From: an uncultured Thermoplasmata archaeon | GTDB lineage: Archaea > Thermoplasmatota > Thermoplasmata > UBA10834 | Assembly: GCA_963719945.1 (NCBI GenBank) | Contig: CAVRDX010000004.1 | Location: 259,744-323,743 of the forward strand | Direction: 5' to 3' | Length of the DNA stretch: 64,000 nucleotides | Program-made: the position numbers and the translations under genes | Part shown: positions 54,373 to 63,722 of the stretch, one piece after another | Position numbering within the stretch: position 1 is the first letter of the stretch | Layout of the letters: every line of letters starts with the position of its first letter | The notes under the pieces: generated by a model | Told to the model about the DNA's origin: nothing | The model's input: the letters and a program-made list of their open reading frames with translations, nothing else | The model's database searches: none

Positions 54373-55635
54373 TTGACTGGAAGGACGATCGCGGAGAAGA
54401 TTATAGGCAGGTCAGCGGGTTATCCCGAGGCGAGGGAAGGGCAGATCCTCGAAGCTTCCCCAGATCTGGTGATGTCTCACGAGAACACGTTCCTGGTGAA
54501 CAAATCATTCTCGGAGCTCGGCAGAGAACGCCCTTGGGACCCTGAGAAGATTGTCATAGTCCTCGATCACCGTACCCCGGCAAACACTACGCAGACCGCG
54601 ACGGTGCACTCGAAGATCAGGGAGATAGTGAAAGGCTTTGGCATCAATAGATTCTATGATGCCGGGGAAGGGATATGTCATCAGCTTCTGGTGGAGAAGC
54701 GGCTTGCACGCCCTGGCCAATTGATTCTGGGCACGGACTCCCACACTACCACGGCAGGCGCAATCGGAGCATTCGCTACAGGCATTGGCGCCACCGAGAT
54801 GGCGGGTGTCTGGGCAACTGGCCGCATATGGCTGAAGGTTCCTAAGTCCATCATGATCAATATATTCGGTACGATGCCGAAAGGAGTATTCGCCAAGGAT
54901 ATTGCGTTGTACCTTGCAGGAATAATGGGTCCGTCTGGGGCAGAGTACAAGTGCATGGAGTTCACTGGAGAACTCATCCCTTCGATGTCCATCTCGAGTA
55001 GGATGGTTCTCTGCAACATGAGCATGGAGATGGGGGCGAAGGGTGCGGTGATGCCTTGTGACGATGTCACTCGGTCGTGGTATCGAGGTCACACGGATTC
55101 CGAACTGATTCCAGTCTCCTCGGATGAGAATGCGCGTTACGATAACTGGATCGACATCGAAGTCGATGGCCTCACGCCGATGGTGTCTGGTCCTCACAAG
55201 GTGGAAGCCGTCAAATCTGTTGAGAAGATGAAGGGCAAAGTAATCGATCAGGCCTTTATAGGTACCTGTACAAATGGACGACTAGAAGATCTCGAGGCGG
55301 CAGCGATGATCCTGAAAGGCCAGAAGGTCTCACCCAACTGCAGGTTGATAGTCGCTCCAGCTTCGAGGGATATCCTGACGGAGGCTGCAGACAGAGGATA
55401 CGTGCAGATCATACTGAAAGCGGGCGGAACCATTCTACCACCTGGATGCGGACCGTGTCTCGGGTCTCACGGAGGAGTCCTCGGGCCGAAAGAGGTGTGC
55501 ATATCGTCCAGCAACAGGAACTTCCCAGGAAGGATGGGATCCGACATCGCCGAGATATACCTCGCTAGTCCAGCAACCGTGGCTGCGAGCGCGATCGTCG
55601 GAAGGATAACCGATCCGAGGAGTGTGATGCGATGA
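54373..55635 (+). CDS. Aconitase-family dehydratase large subunit (3-isopropylmalate / homoaconitate type)
   Basis: DLVMSHENT, GTDSHTTTAGA, CTNGRLEDL, PGCGPCLG, SSSNRNFPGRMG. TTG start. Confidence 0.9.
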   Translation: MTGRTIAEKIIGRSAGYPEAREGQILEASPDLVMSHENTFLVNKSFSELGRERPWDPEKIVIVLDHRTPANTTQTATVHSKIREIVKGFGINRFYDAGEGICHQLLVEKRLARPGQLILGTDSHTTTAGAIGAFATGIGATEMAGVWATGRIWLKVPKSIMINIFGTMPKGVFAKDIALYLAGIMGPSGAEYKCMEFTGELIPSMSISSRMVLCNMSMEMGAKGAVMPCDDVTRSWYRGHTDSELIPVSSDENARYDNWIDIEVDGLTPMVSGPHKVEAVKSVEKMKGKVIDQAFIGTCTNGRLEDLEAAAMILKGQKVSPNCRLIVAPASRDILTEAADRGYVQIILKAGGTILPPGCGPCLGSHGGVLGPKEVCISSSNRNFPGRMGSDIAEIYLASPATVAASAIVGRITDPRSVMR

Positions 55636-56135
55636 ACGTAAAGGGCAGAGTCTGGTTGTTCGGTGACGATGTGAATACCGATTTGATAATCCCGGGCCGA
55701 TACCTTGACAATTACGATCCTTCGCACCTTGCAGCGCACGCGATGGAGGGTGCGAATAAGGAGTTCGCGTCGAAAGTCTCTCCTGGAGATATCGTTGTCG
55801 CGGGGTGCAATTTCGGATGCGGTTCGAGCAGGGAACAAGCAGTGATCGCCTTGAAGCAATCTGGCGTGTCGGCCGTGATCGCGAAGTCATTCGCGAGGAT
55901 ATTCTACAGGAACGCGATCAACCTCGGCCTTCACGCAGTGGAATGTGATGATGCAGCTAGCGTATTCTCGGATGGCGAGATCGCTCTGCTGGATATCGAT
56001 GCTCATACGATGTGCTCCGAGAACGGATCCAGTCGCGTGGAGCTCAAAGAGATCCCACACCACGCAAAGAAGATCATCGACTCCGGAGGACTCATACCTC
56101 ATCTGAAGTCTCAGATCGGAAAGAGGGAGCATTGA
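55632..56135 (+). CDS. Aconitase-family dehydratase small subunit (3-isopropylmalate / homoaconitate type)
   Basis: GDDVNTDLIIPGRYL, NFGCGSSREQA, ARIFYRNAINLGL. ATGA overlap with the large subunit. Confidence 0.9.
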   Translation: MNVKGRVWLFGDDVNTDLIIPGRYLDNYDPSHLAAHAMEGANKEFASKVSPGDIVVAGCNFGCGSSREQAVIALKQSGVSAVIAKSFARIFYRNAINLGLHAVECDDAASVFSDGEIALLDIDAHTMCSENGSSRVELKEIPHHAKKIIDSGGLIPHLKSQIGKREH

Positions 56136-56196
56136 CGGTCGAAACGAACCAGAACGGTGGAATCATATTCTTCATTTAGCCCGATCTCCTATCGAA

Positions 56197-56301
56197 ATGG
56201 CAGACTTCGTGGTCGAGGACACTTTCGGATATCTCGGGCTAGCGATACTGTTATTCATAGTCGTTTACGTGATTTTGCGCCTTCTGACGCATCGGCACTG
56301 A
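56197..56301 (+). CDS. Possible 34-aa single-TM micropeptide
   Basis: MADFVVEDTFGYLGLAILLFIVVYVILRLLTHRH. It is below the ORF-track length cutoff and there is no other support. Confidence 0.2.
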   Translation: MADFVVEDTFGYLGLAILLFIVVYVILRLLTHRH

Positions 56302-56322
56302 CGCTCCCATCCTGCAAAGGCT

Positions 56323-56329
56323 ATTATAT
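56323..56329 (+). promoter_or_regulatory. TATA box candidate for tRNA-Arg(UCG)
   Basis: ATTATAT is centred about 26 nt upstream of the tRNA 5' end. Confidence 0.5.
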
Positions 56330-56351
56330 GCCAGACTAATCACCGCATTGC

Positions 56352-56428
56352 GGGCCCGTGGGGTAGTTAGGATATCCTTCTGGCCTTCGAAGCCGGTGAC
56401 GTGGGTTCAAATCCCACCGGGCCCGCCA
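56352..56428 (+). tRNA. tRNA-Arg (anticodon UCG), CCA encoded
   Basis: Acceptor GGGCCCG/CGGGCCC. Anticodon stem CTGGC/GCCGG with loop CTTCGAA (TCG at 56387-56389). T arm GTGGG-TTCAAAT-CCCAC, discriminator G, then CCA. Confidence 0.9.
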
Positions 56429-57243
56429 GACTTCCCAAATACTTATTGTGGGAAGGGTCATATAGGTGGAATTGGGTCGTAGCGTGGGGACATGGCATCG
56501 AAAGCGCGACTATTTCAAGTAAATCGACGAATGCTGTACGGAATTCTGGCTCTCGCAGTTGCCGTTACTGTGATTTTGGCTGGTATCTTGTACTATCTGG
56601 ATGCCCACCGATACCCGTCCGAAGAAACTCCTCTCGTGTTGCGCTCCTGGGGAATCAGCTGGGTCATGGAGCAGGAAGATCTCGATCATCTATTTCTAGT
56701 GTCTCCGTTTGAGAACATTAGTTTGTTGTGGACCGATTTCGGTGGCGTCTATTACGGGAGCCCACCTCTGAATTCGACATTCCCTCGGGTGAGCATATCT
56801 CAATTCGAGCTGCCGGACAACGTGACAACATTGTTCGAGACTTACATCGTCGGTTGGCATTCCGACAACACTGTGAATGGAGTCCGCATCATTGGCGCGT
56901 ACGGAGTCTTCATAACGGACGAGAATGAGAACGGCTTGTTTGACTATGGGGACGCAATCTCTCTCTTCTATGGAGTCTATGAGAATGGCACACTGACTCA
57001 ACAGGGATTTCAAAGCGCTACTGAATATGGCATAGGACTATACTCTTCAGAAAATCTCTTGCATTCATCCATACAGTTCAAGTACGCAATCCATCACGAA
57101 AGGCTTTACGCCTGGGCATCAAATTAGCCTGAAGATTGGATGGAAAGAAAGAGGGTTTTGTGCCCGAGTGCATCTTCCCCGTGATTGAATCTCTGAGTTA
57201 GACTACTGGTCTAGCGGCATGGCGATACCCACCGGGCCCGCCA
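56429..57243 (+). mobile_element. Putative integrated-element remnant, cassette 1 (bounded by copies of the tRNA-Arg 3' end; no integrase)
   Basis: Flanked by the 16-nt direct repeat CCCACCGGGCCCGCCA at 56413-56428 and 57228-57243. It carries a single membrane-protein ORF. Confidence 0.35.
56492..57127 (+). CDS. N-terminally anchored membrane protein, unknown function
   Basis: TM helix (LYGILALAVAVTVILAGILYYL). I recognise no family. It lies inside cassette 1. Confidence 0.6.
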   Translation: MASKARLFQVNRRMLYGILALAVAVTVILAGILYYLDAHRYPSEETPLVLRSWGISWVMEQEDLDHLFLVSPFENISLLWTDFGGVYYGSPPLNSTFPRVSISQFELPDNVTTLFETYIVGWHSDNTVNGVRIIGAYGVFITDENENGLFDYGDAISLFYGVYENGTLTQQGFQSATEYGIGLYSSENLLHSSIQFKYAIHHERLYAWASN

Positions 57244-57245
57244 CC
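57164..57245 (+). repeat. Direct repeat copy B (about 80-nt imperfect repeat ending in the tRNA-Arg 3'-end core)
   Basis: The core CCCACCGGGCCCGCCA is at 57228-57243. A 27-nt stretch (ATGGCGATACCCACCGGGCCCGCCACC) is identical to copy C. GACTACTGG lies 9 nt upstream in both copies, and weaker similarity extends back to about 57164. Confidence 0.8.
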
Positions 57246-58905
57246 ATCCATAGCCAGTAATCAAGTCTCGCTTCTCAATCAGGGTCTTTAGTGTGCCGGG
57301 GTTCCTACCATTTACCGAAGGTTCGTGGGCCAAGGATTCGGTTTGAATCACCGGTCCTCATGAAGTCCCGTGACATCCATCCATTCCTGGTGTTCTCTCC
57401 TCTTCCTACGTCTATGCATTATTAGGCCCACGACCGCGACAGCAACGAATCCGACTAGAGCCGTCCGCAAGCCAGAATCGTACAGCGCGTACTCAAATCG
57501 ATCTGGGTCGAGCTGGCTGGTCACATAGACAGTCACAGAAGTCTCGCCACTATCTGGAATGCGCACCTTTTGATAATAGACCACGTGTACATCCCGGCTC
57601 TCATCTGTCGCGATCGCGATGCTCTCCTCCCAAGACCATCCTTGACAATCGTCTAGTATCTGCACCTTCCATGCTCCATCTGCGTTCGTACAGTATCTCA
57701 CGGTGTGGTTGGCAGTCTCTCCATCATAGTCCTCGACAAAATACCCCATGTGGATATCTCCGTCTGAGTCGACTGTGATCGCCACACCTGTACCATATCC
57801 TTTCTCATTTCCCCCATATGCCACATCTTCGCTTTCCCAATCGCCATCAGCATTGGTGAAGTAGCATAAGCTGTAATTGTCTCCCTTGCTTCTGTAAGCG
57901 CTGATGTACGCATTACCTGAGGCGTCATGACAGAGCGATTTCTCGCCAGGGTATCCGCCCAGATTTGGAATAACGGTGGCGTCAGTCAACTCGCCGTTCG
58001 ATATGACACTGTAATTGAGTTGCCATGAGATGATAGTGTCCCATCCTAACAGGTCGTAGGTCGTATAGATCATGCCTATTGATCCGTCCGGGCGACTGTC
58101 GACATCATCGATTGAGAATACTCTGTACGGAATATATGACTCCTTTAGAATCGTGCTGTCCCAGCCTTGCGGAGTGCGTATCATATCGATGATGGATGAA
58201 TTCATGTTCACGGTTGACTGCCCGGTATCTCTTGAGTAAATCAGGTGGACATTGTCCTGAGCATCGATTGCAACCTTGGCAGACGAAGGGTACCCCGTTA
58301 TGTTGATCATCTCGCTTTCCCATTCACCGCCAGCGTTTGTGGCAAATAAGATGTGCTGACCATATAAGTTCATGACCGGTTTGTACAACGATGTGCACAC
58401 GTATACTCTATCTTGGGAATCCAGTGCTATCGAAGCACCCTCATGGTCCCAGGATAGATATGACAAGCAGGTGAGGTCCCATTCGCCTCCTACTCTCTGT
58501 CCGTAAAGGAGTGCATAATATGGACCGTATACTCCGATGTATGCGAGCTGAAGCTCTCCTTCAGAATCCCACGCCAACTGGTAGAACCCGTCTCCGGCAG
58601 ATGTGTAACCGAGTTCTTGAGTTGGCCACCGAGAACTTGTCATGTACTCCCAGGCAAAGCTCGATGTGAAAACCAGGGCGGCTACGACAACTATGCCAAC
58701 AGTTGCTTTCCTAGTTGTGTCCATTTCCACTCCACCGTGCAAATCCCAAGATGCTTTTTCAGTATTAAGAATCCACGTGTGCTGCAGAGTCGATATGCAC
58801 GAAGAGAACTGTAAGTGGTTTGTGTCGAATGCATCATACCCATTGATTGAACCTCCGTGTCTGACTACTGGCACGGAATGATGGCGATACCCACCGGGCC
58901 CGCCA
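57244..58905 (+). mobile_element. Putative integrated-element remnant, cassette 2 (no integrase)
   Basis: Flanked by core copies at 57228-57243 and 58890-58905. It carries a single minus-strand surface-protein gene. Confidence 0.35.
57348..58724 (-). CDS. Bitopic surface protein with repeated beta-propeller-like TNA(G/D)G(E/D/A)W motifs
   Basis: N-terminal TM (VGIVVVAALVF). Repeats include FATNAGGEWESE, FTNADGDWESE and CTNADGAWKVQ. C-terminal TM plus HRRRKRRE. The ATG at 58724 has TTCTTAATAC about 35 nt upstream; the ORF-track extension to 58874 runs into repeat C. Confidence 0.7.
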   Translation of the reverse strand: MDTTRKATVGIVVVAALVFTSSFAWEYMTSSRWPTQELGYTSAGDGFYQLAWDSEGELQLAYIGVYGPYYALLYGQRVGGEWDLTCLSYLSWDHEGASIALDSQDRVYVCTSLYKPVMNLYGQHILFATNAGGEWESEMINITGYPSSAKVAIDAQDNVHLIYSRDTGQSTVNMNSSIIDMIRTPQGWDSTILKESYIPYRVFSIDDVDSRPDGSIGMIYTTYDLLGWDTIISWQLNYSVISNGELTDATVIPNLGGYPGEKSLCHDASGNAYISAYRSKGDNYSLCYFTNADGDWESEDVAYGGNEKGYGTGVAITVDSDGDIHMGYFVEDYDGETANHTVRYCTNADGAWKVQILDDCQGWSWEESIAIATDESRDVHVVYYQKVRIPDSGETSVTVYVTSQLDPDRFEYALYDSGLRTALVGFVAVAVVGLIMHRRRKRREHQEWMDVTGLHEDR

Positions 58906-58907
58906 CC
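58816..58907 (+). repeat. Direct repeat copy C
   Basis: The core is at 58890-58905 and the 27-nt identity with copy B is at 58881-58907. GACTACTGG is at 58863-58871. Confidence 0.8.
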
Positions 58908-59025
58908 CTTTCATCATGGGTTGAGCTAGTGAATCTCTATGTGGGCGAACACAATCAAAGACAGCTATTAATTGCTCCACATGGTTCTGCAGTACGATGA
59001 TTGGTCGTGATGCGGAGAACGATGT

Positions 59026-60027
59026 ATGATGTCTAGAAGAACTCATGCGGGTTGGCAAGTACGCCGAGCATCTTCTGACGATGCAGGGCCCATAGTGGCG
59101 CTAATCAACGCCCACGCGCGGCACTACTATGGCGAGGACCGTATTGGATTGGATGAAGTGAGGACGTGGTTCACCTCCCCGGGCGTAGGACAGGACGACA
59201 CGCAATCTTGGTGGTGGGATGACGGCACGCTTGTGGCTTATGCACAGGTCTACCGACCTGGATTTCCGGGTATGTGGGACGTACTACACGATGTTACGGT
59301 TCACCCAGATGAGGCTGGTAACGACGAGCTTTGGAACGATGCCTTTGCATGGTGTGACCAGTATCAATGGAAGCTGCGACATCAGTCTAGCACATCACAT
59401 ACGAGCATGGTCTGCGGGGCTCGCATCCATGAGAACGACGTAGACAAGCGTAGACAATACGAATCACGGGACTTCAAACATATTCGAAACGAGACTCTGA
59501 TGCGGATTAGATTTCCAGAGGTCGTGTCGAAGGACGTGGCAAATCCAAGCGGGGTCACGATACGCGAACTCGACCTGGAGACTGATATGGATGCCTATGC
59601 GATGGCTTATGGAGAGGCGTTTCGCGATCACTGGGGCCACGTCGACATTCCGCAAGACGAGCAGGTGCGCAGAAAGAAGGCGGAGTTCAAGTCCTGGGGT
59701 CAGATGTACGTGCCAGGCCTGTGGTTCGTCGCTCTTGACGGTGACACAATCGTGGGGAGCGTCGGCAGCTTCCTGAACTTCGGCAATGTCCCAGGACGCT
59801 GCTATCTCTATCATGTATTCGTGCGTCGCGCCTGGCGTAACCGCAGGATAGCTACGACGCTTCTCCGCACCACATTCCATGAGCTGCAGCAACGCGGTGG
59901 GAGGATCGTTGAGCTGCATGTCGATTCTGACAACATGACGTACGGCCTTGAGCTCTATCGCGGTCTTGGTATGAAACCGGTTTGGCACCAACGTTTGTAC
60001 GAGAAGGCGGTCCCGATATCCTGCTAA
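59026..60027 (+). CDS. Two-domain GNAT-family N-acetyltransferase (MshD-like architecture)
   Basis: 333 aa. The second domain has the acetyl-CoA motif VRRAWRNRRIATTLL, and the first half is GNAT-like. Confidence 0.75.
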   Translation: MMSRRTHAGWQVRRASSDDAGPIVALINAHARHYYGEDRIGLDEVRTWFTSPGVGQDDTQSWWWDDGTLVAYAQVYRPGFPGMWDVLHDVTVHPDEAGNDELWNDAFAWCDQYQWKLRHQSSTSHTSMVCGARIHENDVDKRRQYESRDFKHIRNETLMRIRFPEVVSKDVANPSGVTIRELDLETDMDAYAMAYGEAFRDHWGHVDIPQDEQVRRKKAEFKSWGQMYVPGLWFVALDGDTIVGSVGSFLNFGNVPGRCYLYHVFVRRAWRNRRIATTLLRTTFHELQQRGGRIVELHVDSDNMTYGLELYRGLGMKPVWHQRLYEKAVPISC

Positions 60028-60156
60028 CAGCCATCGTCTTCATGCTATTCTCATCGTAGCTCGCCCTGGTATGATAGAGCCTCCCTGAAATATCTCCGCT
60101 GATAACCGTTGCATCGATAATCCATATCTTTTCAGTCACTGCCAGTATCTGAATGA

Positions 60157-60915
60157 CTAGGCGAGTTCCTTCTCGCGGAACAGGTACGCGCCGAGGACAA
60201 GGAATATGATCGTCAGAACGATTATCACGAGGACTGAGTCGAAGAAGCCAGTGGCCTGTTCGTAATGGCTGATGCTTCCATAGTCGACCCATTCGAAGCC
60301 TATGCTTCTCAGATAATGTCTGATGGACGCTTTCTGTATCACGCCAGGGAGCGATCCTATGAATGCTTCCCATATGAATGCGTAGAAAAGGCCGAAGAAC
60401 ACCGGCTTCTTGAACAGAACGCCCATGGATAGGAACAGTGCAGAATACACAACCGAACCAATGATGACAAGGCCTGTGAATGCAAGGTATATGCTCAGGC
60501 TATCTGAGTCGATCCCTTTCTGAGAGAAGAACGCAAGGAACCCTGCGGTGTTGATGATGATCATGGATATTGCGACTGCTATCACCAATGGCACGTAATA
60601 GCCGGCATACGAGTATGCTCGGTCGAGAGGCGCAGTGGCCACGTGCGTGATGCTCTTGTCATCTATCTCGTCACGGATCAGTGACGAGCCGTAGATCATA
60701 GCCATCACAGGCATGAAGAACAGAAGTATGAGTGTGTCGAGGAGATTGACCCCCTCGTCCAGTGGCTCAACATCCTGTGTGCCCGCATATCCCATCACGG
60801 CTGCGACGAACACCGCGACCAGCGCGGAAATCACTGCTTTTCGGCTGAACAGCAGCTTCTTGATGGAGTACCGTGTTATCGCGATTATCCCGGTGAATGC
60901 TCTGTCAAGATCCAT
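60157..60915 (-). CDS. ABC-2-like transporter permease
   Basis: 252 aa with about six TM helices. It starts 2 nt after the upstream ATPase stop. Confidence 0.7.
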   Translation of the reverse strand: MDLDRAFTGIIAITRYSIKKLLFSRKAVISALVAVFVAAVMGYAGTQDVEPLDEGVNLLDTLILLFFMPVMAMIYGSSLIRDEIDDKSITHVATAPLDRAYSYAGYYVPLVIAVAISMIIINTAGFLAFFSQKGIDSDSLSIYLAFTGLVIIGSVVYSALFLSMGVLFKKPVFFGLFYAFIWEAFIGSLPGVIQKASIRHYLRSIGFEWVDYGSISHYEQATGFFDSVLVIIVLTIIFLVLGAYLFREKELA

Positions 60916-60917
60916 AT

Positions 60918-61868
60918 CTATCTCCCCACCAGGTATCTGAATATGGCTTCCAGGTTGTCGTCAAGACTGTACATTGTGCGGACAGCGCAGCCGGACTGTT
61001 GGACTAGTTCGGGAAGCCTGTTGAAGAAGTCGTCTGGTCTCAAGACCTGGACGGTTATGCTGTTCCTGTCATCGCCGTACGCGACGGATACGGTGTAACC
61101 CTCGCCCAACAGTATCTTTGCCAGAGACTCTATTCCCTCGCCTTCCACGATAATGTTGTGTGGATGCTTGTCGATCAGGTCCCTTATCTCTGAAATGTCT
61201 CCCGTCGCGACTGCTCGACCTTTGTAGATCAATACCACATCATGGGTCATCCTCTCTATCTCGAACAGGACATGAGAGCTGACTACTACACTGTGACCAT
61301 GGTCCTTGTTGAGGCTCTTTATGAGATCGATCAACTCTTTCCTCACGAGGGGGTCGGTGCCGCTCAACGGTTCGTCCAGGATCAGCAGGTCTGGGTCGTG
61401 TATCAGGGCTCCAGCGATCTTCATCCTCTGCTTCATCCCTCTGCTGTAGCCGCCAGTCTTCCTATCCAACGCACGCCTCATCTCCACGAGGTCGGACACC
61501 TCTGCCGTTCTCTTCGAGAGCGCGTCGCCCTTCATGCCGTGAAGTCCGCCTATCAGTCGTAGGTACTCTCGTCCAGTGGCTTCTGTCGGGAGCGACTCGT
61601 AATCCGGGCAGAACCCGATGGACGAATGCAGGGGGGCGTTCCTCCATGGTCTCTCGCCCAGCACAGTTATGTTGCCTGCATTCGGTCTTATGAGCCCGAG
61701 TGCAAGCTTGAACAGAGTGCTCTTTCCTGAGCCGTTGGGTCCAACTATGCCAGTGATTCCTGGTCGGATCCTGAGGTTGAAATTGTTCACCCCTATCACC
61801 TCGCCGTACCACTTGCTGAGCGCGGCCGTTTCGATGACGGTGTCAGATTCGGATGCGCGTCCGGTCAT
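60918..61868 (-). CDS. ABC transporter ATP-binding protein
   Basis: GPNGSGKST, YSRGMKQR, LLILDEP. The ATG at 61868 forms an ATGA overlap with the upstream permease stop. Confidence 0.9.
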   Translation of the reverse strand: MTGRASESDTVIETAALSKWYGEVIGVNNFNLRIRPGITGIVGPNGSGKSTLFKLALGLIRPNAGNITVLGERPWRNAPLHSSIGFCPDYESLPTEATGREYLRLIGGLHGMKGDALSKRTAEVSDLVEMRRALDRKTGGYSRGMKQRMKIAGALIHDPDLLILDEPLSGTDPLVRKELIDLIKSLNKDHGHSVVVSSHVLFEIERMTHDVVLIYKGRAVATGDISEIRDLIDKHPHNIIVEGEGIESLAKILLGEGYTVSVAYGDDRNSITVQVLRPDDFFNRLPELVQQSGCAVRTMYSLDDNLEAIFRYLVGR

Positions 61869-62686
61869 TTTCCGATCACCTGCCTCTGTATCTTCATCCA
61901 CACGATCACTGAAGGCACTACGATGAACGCTGCGATGAATGCGGCAAGCCCCGCTCCTGGGATCTCCGTCGGCAGACCAAATCCGAATATCCAGTCGATG
62001 GCATATGAGAGTGATTCTACGGGGCTCACCACGCCCCATGCTGGGTCGAAATCTGAGAATATCCCCGAGACCAGGGTCAGGGCGAAGAACGACATGAATG
62101 TCCCGACGGCTGCGTAGCTCTTGCGTTTGGTGAACGAGGAGATCATGAGACCGTAAGGTACGAAGAACACGGTGACCAGGGTTCCCGCAACGACCGTTCG
62201 TCCGAGTATGCCCGCGCTGTGCCAGTAGTCATCCCCCGTCTGAGTGGCTATTGAGACGATTCCTACCAGGACGGGCGGGATGGCGCACAGAACGCCCATG
62301 ACTATCAGTGCCGCCCCAGTCTTGCCGATGAGATAATCCCTGACCTTGATCGCCCTGGAGAAATAGAGCACAAAGGAGCTGTTGGCAAAGTCCTCCGATA
62401 TCAGGTCGGATGTGAGGACAGCTGCGAGCAGCATGGCGAATACTGTGAGGATCCCGTCTCCCATGTAACTGCTCATGACGTCTCCCTCTAGTCCTTCATG
62501 GGGTGAGAATACAGTCGTGAGGATCTGCATGACGTGGACTAGGAAGAAACCGAGGGCAAGGAGCACTATTACACCGACGGATCTGATCTTGTGGTTCAAG
62601 ATGCTTCTTGCGATCACGTAGAACCTGGCGTTCTGAGCGGTCCTCTGTCCTTTCCAAGGGCGGTACTCGATCGGGTTAATTCCCAC
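61865..62686 (-). CDS. ABC-2-like transporter permease
   Basis: Multi-TM protein. The start is uncertain (GTG at 62686 or the ORF-track start at 62722), and it overlaps the upstream ATPase 3' end. Confidence 0.7.
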   Translation of the reverse strand: MGINPIEYRPWKGQRTAQNARFYVIARSILNHKIRSVGVIVLLALGFFLVHVMQILTTVFSPHEGLEGDVMSSYMGDGILTVFAMLLAAVLTSDLISEDFANSSFVLYFSRAIKVRDYLIGKTGAALIVMGVLCAIPPVLVGIVSIATQTGDDYWHSAGILGRTVVAGTLVTVFFVPYGLMISSFTKRKSYAAVGTFMSFFALTLVSGIFSDFDPAWGVVSPVESLSYAIDWIFGFGLPTEIPGAGLAAFIAAFIVVPSVIVWMKIQRQVIGK

Positions 62687-63677
62687 CCGCACCACCTCCC
62701 TTGAAAGAGCTGAGGAACACATCCTCCAGACTCAGTCTATCCGGACGGAATCTTCTGATCTGCACGTTGTTCTCGTGGGCGATCTTGAACACCCTCTTCC
62801 CATCCGAACACCCTCGCACGGTGAATGCGATCTGGTTCCACCCCTCCTCTTTTCTGTCCACGATTTCACAGATCTGCGCGAGCGCGTCGACGAATTTGGT
62901 CATGGCTTGTTCGTCTCCTCGCACGGTCAGTTTCTGGAGGTCTTCTTCACCGGCCATGAGGGCTTCCATCTTCCCTTGTCGAACGAGCTTACCATTGCTG
63001 ATTATGACCGCATATTCGCAGACTAATTCGACTTCTTGGAGGATGTGTGACGATACGATGACCGTCTTTTCGGAGGCCCCTATCTTCTTGATCAGGTCGA
63101 GCATCTCCTCCCTTCCGTTCGGGTCCATGCCGCTAGTCGGCTCGTCGAGGAACAAGAGAGATGGGTCATGGATCACCGCCTGCGCCAGTTTGATCCTCTG
63201 CTTCATTCCGGTAGAGTATGATTTGATGAGCCTGTACCTCTCCTCACCGATGCCGACGAAATCCAGCACCTCATGTGTCCGCTGTATGGCATCCTTTGAG
63301 GACATGCCGGAGATCTTGCCCATGTAGGAAACGAGCTCGACGGAACTCATGCTAGGGATGAGACAATCGTGCTCCGGCATGTAGCCGATGTCGTCCCTTA
63401 TCTGCAGATACTGTAGCTGTGAATCGAGACCGCTGACGGAGATTCTTCCCTTGTCGAGAGAAACGAGTCCCAAGGAAGCTTTGATGAACGTGCTCTTCCC
63501 AGCTCCGTTCGGTCCTAGCAGGCCGATTATACCTCTGGGAATGTCCACCGTGAAGTCATCGAGAGCAACGACTGGACCAAACCGAACGGTCACCCCCAAC
63601 GCCGAGAGATGGGGTGAACTGCTCCTATTCTTGTCCTCTGGTTGATGAGCCACTTCCCCTGGCATCAACAAGTGCAT
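62676..63677 (-). CDS. ABC transporter ATP-binding protein
   Basis: GPNGAGKST, YSTGMKQR, LLFLDEPTSGMD. Confidence 0.9.
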   Translation of the reverse strand: MHLLMPGEVAHQPEDKNRSSSPHLSALGVTVRFGPVVALDDFTVDIPRGIIGLLGPNGAGKSTFIKASLGLVSLDKGRISVSGLDSQLQYLQIRDDIGYMPEHDCLIPSMSSVELVSYMGKISGMSSKDAIQRTHEVLDFVGIGEERYRLIKSYSTGMKQRIKLAQAVIHDPSLLFLDEPTSGMDPNGREEMLDLIKKIGASEKTVIVSSHILQEVELVCEYAVIISNGKLVRQGKMEALMAGEEDLQKLTVRGDEQAMTKFVDALAQICEIVDRKEEGWNQIAFTVRGCSDGKRVFKIAHENNVQIRRFRPDRLSLEDVFLSSFKGGGAGGN

Positions 63678-63722
63678 GGGCTCGGAGATATAAGCATTTA
63701 AGCAAGGATTGCGGAGGTCTAT

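Noticed and set aside
57164-57245. Considered whether repeat copies B and C are tRNA pseudogenes or split-tRNA 3' halves.
   Set aside because: Only the last 16 nt match the tRNA. The preceding sequence (ATGGCGATA) cannot form the T arm (GTGGG-TTCAAAT-CCCAC). No 5' acceptor strand is nearby.
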